The position numbers and the translations under genes are program-made. A DNA stretch of 64,000 bases from Octopus sinensis (taxonomy: Eukaryota). The number at the start of each line of letters is the position of its first letter. Within the stretch, counting starts at the first letter, position 1. The stretch covers positions 74,896,001-74,960,000 of the forward strand of contig NC_043000.1 of assembly GCF_006345805.1 (NCBI RefSeq). The letters are read 5' to 3'. Positions 59,693 to 64,000 of the stretch are shown one piece after another. The notes beneath the pieces are model-generated. The model was given only the letters and a program-made list of their open reading frames with translations, ran no database searches and was not told the origin of the DNA.

Positions 59693-62500
59693 TATACCAG
59701 ACACCACAGCAAAAAGAGACAGGATGGACACCACCCAGCAACGTACACCTCACCTCGATGCTCCTACTGAACATCAGAGGACTCCAAACACTTAGTAACA
59801 GGACAAAAATCCTGTTCCTGAGAGATTTTGTTGCATGCAATCAAGCCTTATGCATAGCACTAACGGAAACGCACCTGAAACCGGATATTGCAGATGCGGA
59901 GTTACACATACCACAGTATGCTGTACTACGGACCGACAGGAAAGAAAGGAGTCATGGAGGTGTTGCTATGTACATCCGTGAGGACCTCACACCACAGGTT
60001 CTCTTGTCATACTCAAACTTGGTGTGTGACACACTAATTGTACATATTAGGCAACTTGATGTAGTTGTGTGTGCTACATATCGCCCTCCAGATGCCCCAA
60101 GCCATGTGGGCAAGTTTGAAGACTGCCTTATAAAAATAGAAGAAGTTCTAACCACATTAGAACAACACATAAGTGTACTTCTTATGGGAGACTTCAATCT
60201 GCCAAACGTCAGATGCCCCGAGGGCCTTTCTCTCCCAGGAATGACAAGATGTGAACGAGGACAGGCGAGGTCCCTTCTGAACCTCATCAACACCCTGTAC
60301 ATGGAGCAGGTAATACTGCAACCAACCAGGGCAGGTAACACACTGGATCTCTGCTTCACAAATAACATGGATCTCATCCATAATGTGAAAGTGACACCGA
60401 CACTACTTTTGGATCACAACATGATAGAGCTGACTATGTACGGGCCAAAAGAGAGCACGGACATGCAGCCTACAAGAAACCCCCAGAATCTTTCCAGCTT
60501 GAACTACCATAAGGCAAACTGGAAACAAATTGAGAAAGAGATCCTCAAACAAAACTGGCTTAAATTTCTCTCCTCGCCAGACATCGACATGAAACTTCAA
60601 CAATTCATGTCTGTAATGCAAGCCATATGCTACAAATGTGTCCCAGAGAGAAAGGCCACTGTACACAAGAACAAAATCCCCAGAGAGAGGAAAATTTTAA
60701 TGAGACGGTGTACAAAATTTTCAAATCGCCTAAACAAATAGATTGAAAGCAGTGAAAAGTCCCGCCTAAACATAAAACTGTTGGAAATCGAAAAATGTCT
60801 GCAACTCTCCCATGAAAAGGAAAGAGCAGACAAAGAAGCCTGAGCTATAGACAACATAAAATCTAACCCCAGAGCTTTCTACAGGTATGCCAAAAAAACA
60901 GCTACGGTGCACTGTAGACTAGGGCCACTCCTCGAAAAGGATGGCACACTTACAGGAAAACCAATGAGGGTAAGTGAAATACTGAATGAGCAATTCAAGA
61001 GTGTTTTCACTCCACCCCTTGGGCATCTCAAAATCACCAATCCAACTGACTTTTTTACCAATGCAGATATAAAATCTGAGGCGGCGACGATAGATTACAT
61101 CGATAGAAAGGAAGACGATGTAATCAAGGCTATAGATGAAATGAAAACAGACTCAGCTACTGGCCCCGATGGATTCCCGGCAATCCTCCTAAAAGCATGT
61201 AAGAGAGTCCTAGCGGAACCACTGCAGTTCCTCTTCAGAGCTTCTTGCAGCTGGCAAACTTCCAAGAAAACTGAAGGAAGGTAAAATATTGCCCCATTCA
61301 TATACAAGGGTAGCAGAGCGGAAGCCAAGAACTATAGACCTATCTCTCTGATTTCACACATCAGCAAGGTCATGGAACGAATAGTCAGAAGGAAGCTGAT
61401 CACCTTCTTGAAGAGAATGACTTGTGCCCGACACCCAACATGGTTTCCGACCAGGGAGAAGCTGTTTAACTCAGCTCCTACAACACTATGACTGGGTGCT
61501 GAAACGGCTGCTCAACCACTCAAATGTGGAAGTGATATATCTCGACTTTGCAAAGGCCTTGATAAAGTCGATCATGGAATGATATGTCACAAACTGCGTG
61601 ATCTCAACATAGTTGGGAAAAACTGGGGGAGAATGGCTTCATGACTTTCTGAAAGATAGAAGTCAGGTGGTAGTGGCCAATGGGGCACTTCCATTAACAC
61701 GCAAATAGTGAGCGGTGTTCCGCAGGGCACTGTTCTGGGACCACTACTGTTCATAATGGCCCTCTCAGACAGCCCTCAGCCACGCAGAGAGCCACGATCA
61801 CAAGTTATGCAGATGATAAAAAAGTTTCACAGGCAATACAGAACCCTGAGGACACTAAACACTGCAATGTGAGCAGCTAGACAAAATATACAAGTGGGCC
61901 GAAAAGAATAGCATGCAGTTCAATGCTGAAAAGTTTCAAGCTCTATACTATAAGCATGCAAAACTAAATACAATACCCAATGAATACACTGGACCCGGCG
62001 GAAATAGCAATCCCAGAGGCACATCAGTGCGTGACCTAGGTATTTACATGAGTGATGACGCGGACCTTTCGTGTACATGTTGCTAAATTGGCAATGAAAT
62101 GTAGACGACTGGCCGGATGGATCCTCAGAACCTTTAGAAACAAGAGAACAACAAGAACCATGATGGTCCTCTGGAGGACACTTGTCTAAGCCACTTTGAC
62201 TACTGCTCTCAGTTATGGTCACCATCCAGGTCAAGTTGATCACAGAGCTCGAGGCGATCCAAAGTAGCTACATGAAGAGGATAGCCTCTATGCAGAATGT
62301 AAGCTACTGGGAAAGACTCAGGAAATTAAAATTATATTCCCTGGAGCGTAGGCGGGAAAGATATGCCATAATATACATCTGGAAGATCCTGGAGGGAAGT
62401 GTCCTGAACTTTGGCATCGAGAGTTACGCAAATGCCAGAACTGGGCGCCACTGTGTGGTGCCTAGGACTCCAAACTTGCCATCAACATGTAGGACAAGAT
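59693..62500 (+). mobile_element. CR1-like LINE, subfamily A, truncated at both ends within (TA)n
   Basis: EN ORF 59758-60741, RT fragments to 62500; stop codons and frameshifts. Confidence 0.92.
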
Positions 62501-62667
62501 TTATATACATATATATATATATATATATATACAATATTATACATATATATATATATATATAATTTATATACATATATATATAAATATATACATATATATA
62601 CAAATATATATATATATATTATATATATATATATATATAATATATATATATAAATATATATATATAC

Positions 62668-62698
<31 letters not shown>

Positions 62699-62753
62699 AT
62701 TATATATATATATATATATAATATATATAAATATATATAATTTATATATATAT

Positions 62754-62792
<39 letters not shown>

Positions 62793-62816
62793 CATTATAT
62801 ATATATATTATATATA

Positions 62817-63085
62817 TCTCTTATTATAAAAGGCAGATTTATCTGCCTCCCTTTGGAGTTATACAAATCTACAATATAGGATTTCTTCGATTACAATTAC
62901 CTAGCATTTTTAAGAGTACAATGCATCGCGTCATGCCAGGTCCAGTTTTTAAAATTTAAACTCCAATTAAGCAAAATTTACAGAAAACTCACATTCTGCG
63001 TGTGTGTGTCAAATGCTTTTCTTAGTCTGGTTTACACCACACGCAAACGCACACACACAGTGGGCAACGAATAAAGTGAAACTAG
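62817..63085 (+). mobile_element. Possible non-autonomous Helitron
   Basis: 5' A|TCTCTTATTATAAAAGGCAG resembles the start of 50930; CTAG at 63082-63085, but it is followed by A and the hairpin is weak. Confidence 0.4.
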
Positions 63086-63249
63086 ATGTAATATTTGTTT
63101 CTCTGTATCACGCTGATAGATACATGAGTAAAATGTATGGGAAGCTAACACATAAGTGTGAGTGAAAATGTTCTTGGAAGAGAGTAAATAGCCAGAGATA
63201 GTGATTTGAGGAAGACTTTACATTAAATGGCTTGTGTTAGTAATAAAGT

Positions 63250-63283
63250 AAACATACACTCATACATACATACATACATACAT

Positions 63284-63314
<31 letters not shown>

Positions 63315-63605
63315 TACACACACATACATACATACACACACATACATACATACACACATACATACATACATATACATACATACATATACATACATACATA
63401 CACACACACATACACACACAGTATTGAAGCTTGAGAACAATCAGATACATTTGCAACACATCTGTTGAAAATATTATTGTTCACACACATACATATACAT
63501 ATATACATACAGAGACAGACAGACAGATAGACACACACACACACACATGATCCAGCATGGCCACAACCTCAAGGCTGAAACATATAAAAGAATAACAGAA
63601 TATAA
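63250..63605 (+). repeat. (TACA)n/(CA)n microsatellites and a SINE/CR1-type tail
   Basis: TCCAGCATGGCCACAACC..GGCTGAAAC at 63551-63581. Confidence 0.7.
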
Positions 63606-63689
63606 ATGTGTGCATGTGTGTGAGAGAGAGAGTGTGTGTGTATATGTATGTATGTATGTATGTATGTATATATATATAATAATGCGGTT

Positions 63690-64000
63690 TTTCAACAGCT
63701 TGAACTAAAAGTCAGAGGGGAATGGGATAAACTACTTATATTAACTTGCTATAAAAGCAGGTAGTAATTTTATCTTGTCCTTATTCAAGTGCAAGTTTTG
63801 AAGAGTGCATTTCGATTTTAACAGCTATTTTTTTCAAAGCTATATTGGAACAGCCTAGAAGACGAGCCTCATCCTGAAAGATCTGTAGAACTCGACAAGG
63901 ACATCCTGAAAACCCTGGTGGAACAACAAATCTCATCGTAACTGTTGGGAGAACTAGCATAGAAGAGAGCTTGGATTTGGTCATTCAACCATTCATTGAG
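63690..64000 (+). mobile_element. Degenerate mariner fragment (same family as 4437-5105)
   Basis: CTATAAAAGCAGGT..TTGTCCTTATTC matches the reverse complement of 5063-5100; ACATCCTGAAAACCCTGGTGGAACAA and GCTTGGATTTGGTCATTCAACCATT resemble the reverse complement of 4710-4800. Confidence 0.75.

Overview
AT-rich, repeat-dense animal DNA, most likely an Octopus genome (inferred from the repeat families, not from a search). The only host coding sequence I can support is the terminal exon of a srGAP (SLIT-ROBO RhoGAP)-like gene (5750-6782) with its 3' UTR. The rest is nested mobile DNA in (TA)n microsatellites: RTE LINEs with a PHD finger after the RT, at least seven CR1-like LINE copies, Penelope-like elements with inverted pseudo-LTRs, mariner remnants, SINEs, non-autonomous Helitrons, an RT-less Ty3/gypsy element and an ORF1-only retroposon. 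Highlights: (1) many type I hammerhead ribozyme (HHR) motifs, including an ORF-less ~530-bp tandem array with one HHR per unit (58183-59448, retrozyme-like) and a tRNA-headed SINE carrying an HHR; (2) a CR1-like family whose ORF1 joins a Myb/SANT-like trihelix domain to a CCCH zinc finger and whose copies sit in (TA)n; (3) a gag-protease-integrase LTR element lacking RT/RNase H, inserted inside an HHR catalytic core; (4) a perfect 317-bp palindrome and several kb-scale inverted repeats. All alignments and folds were done by eye and element boundaries are approximate. Some indels may be sequencing errors, and there is a 100-N gap at 46424-46523.
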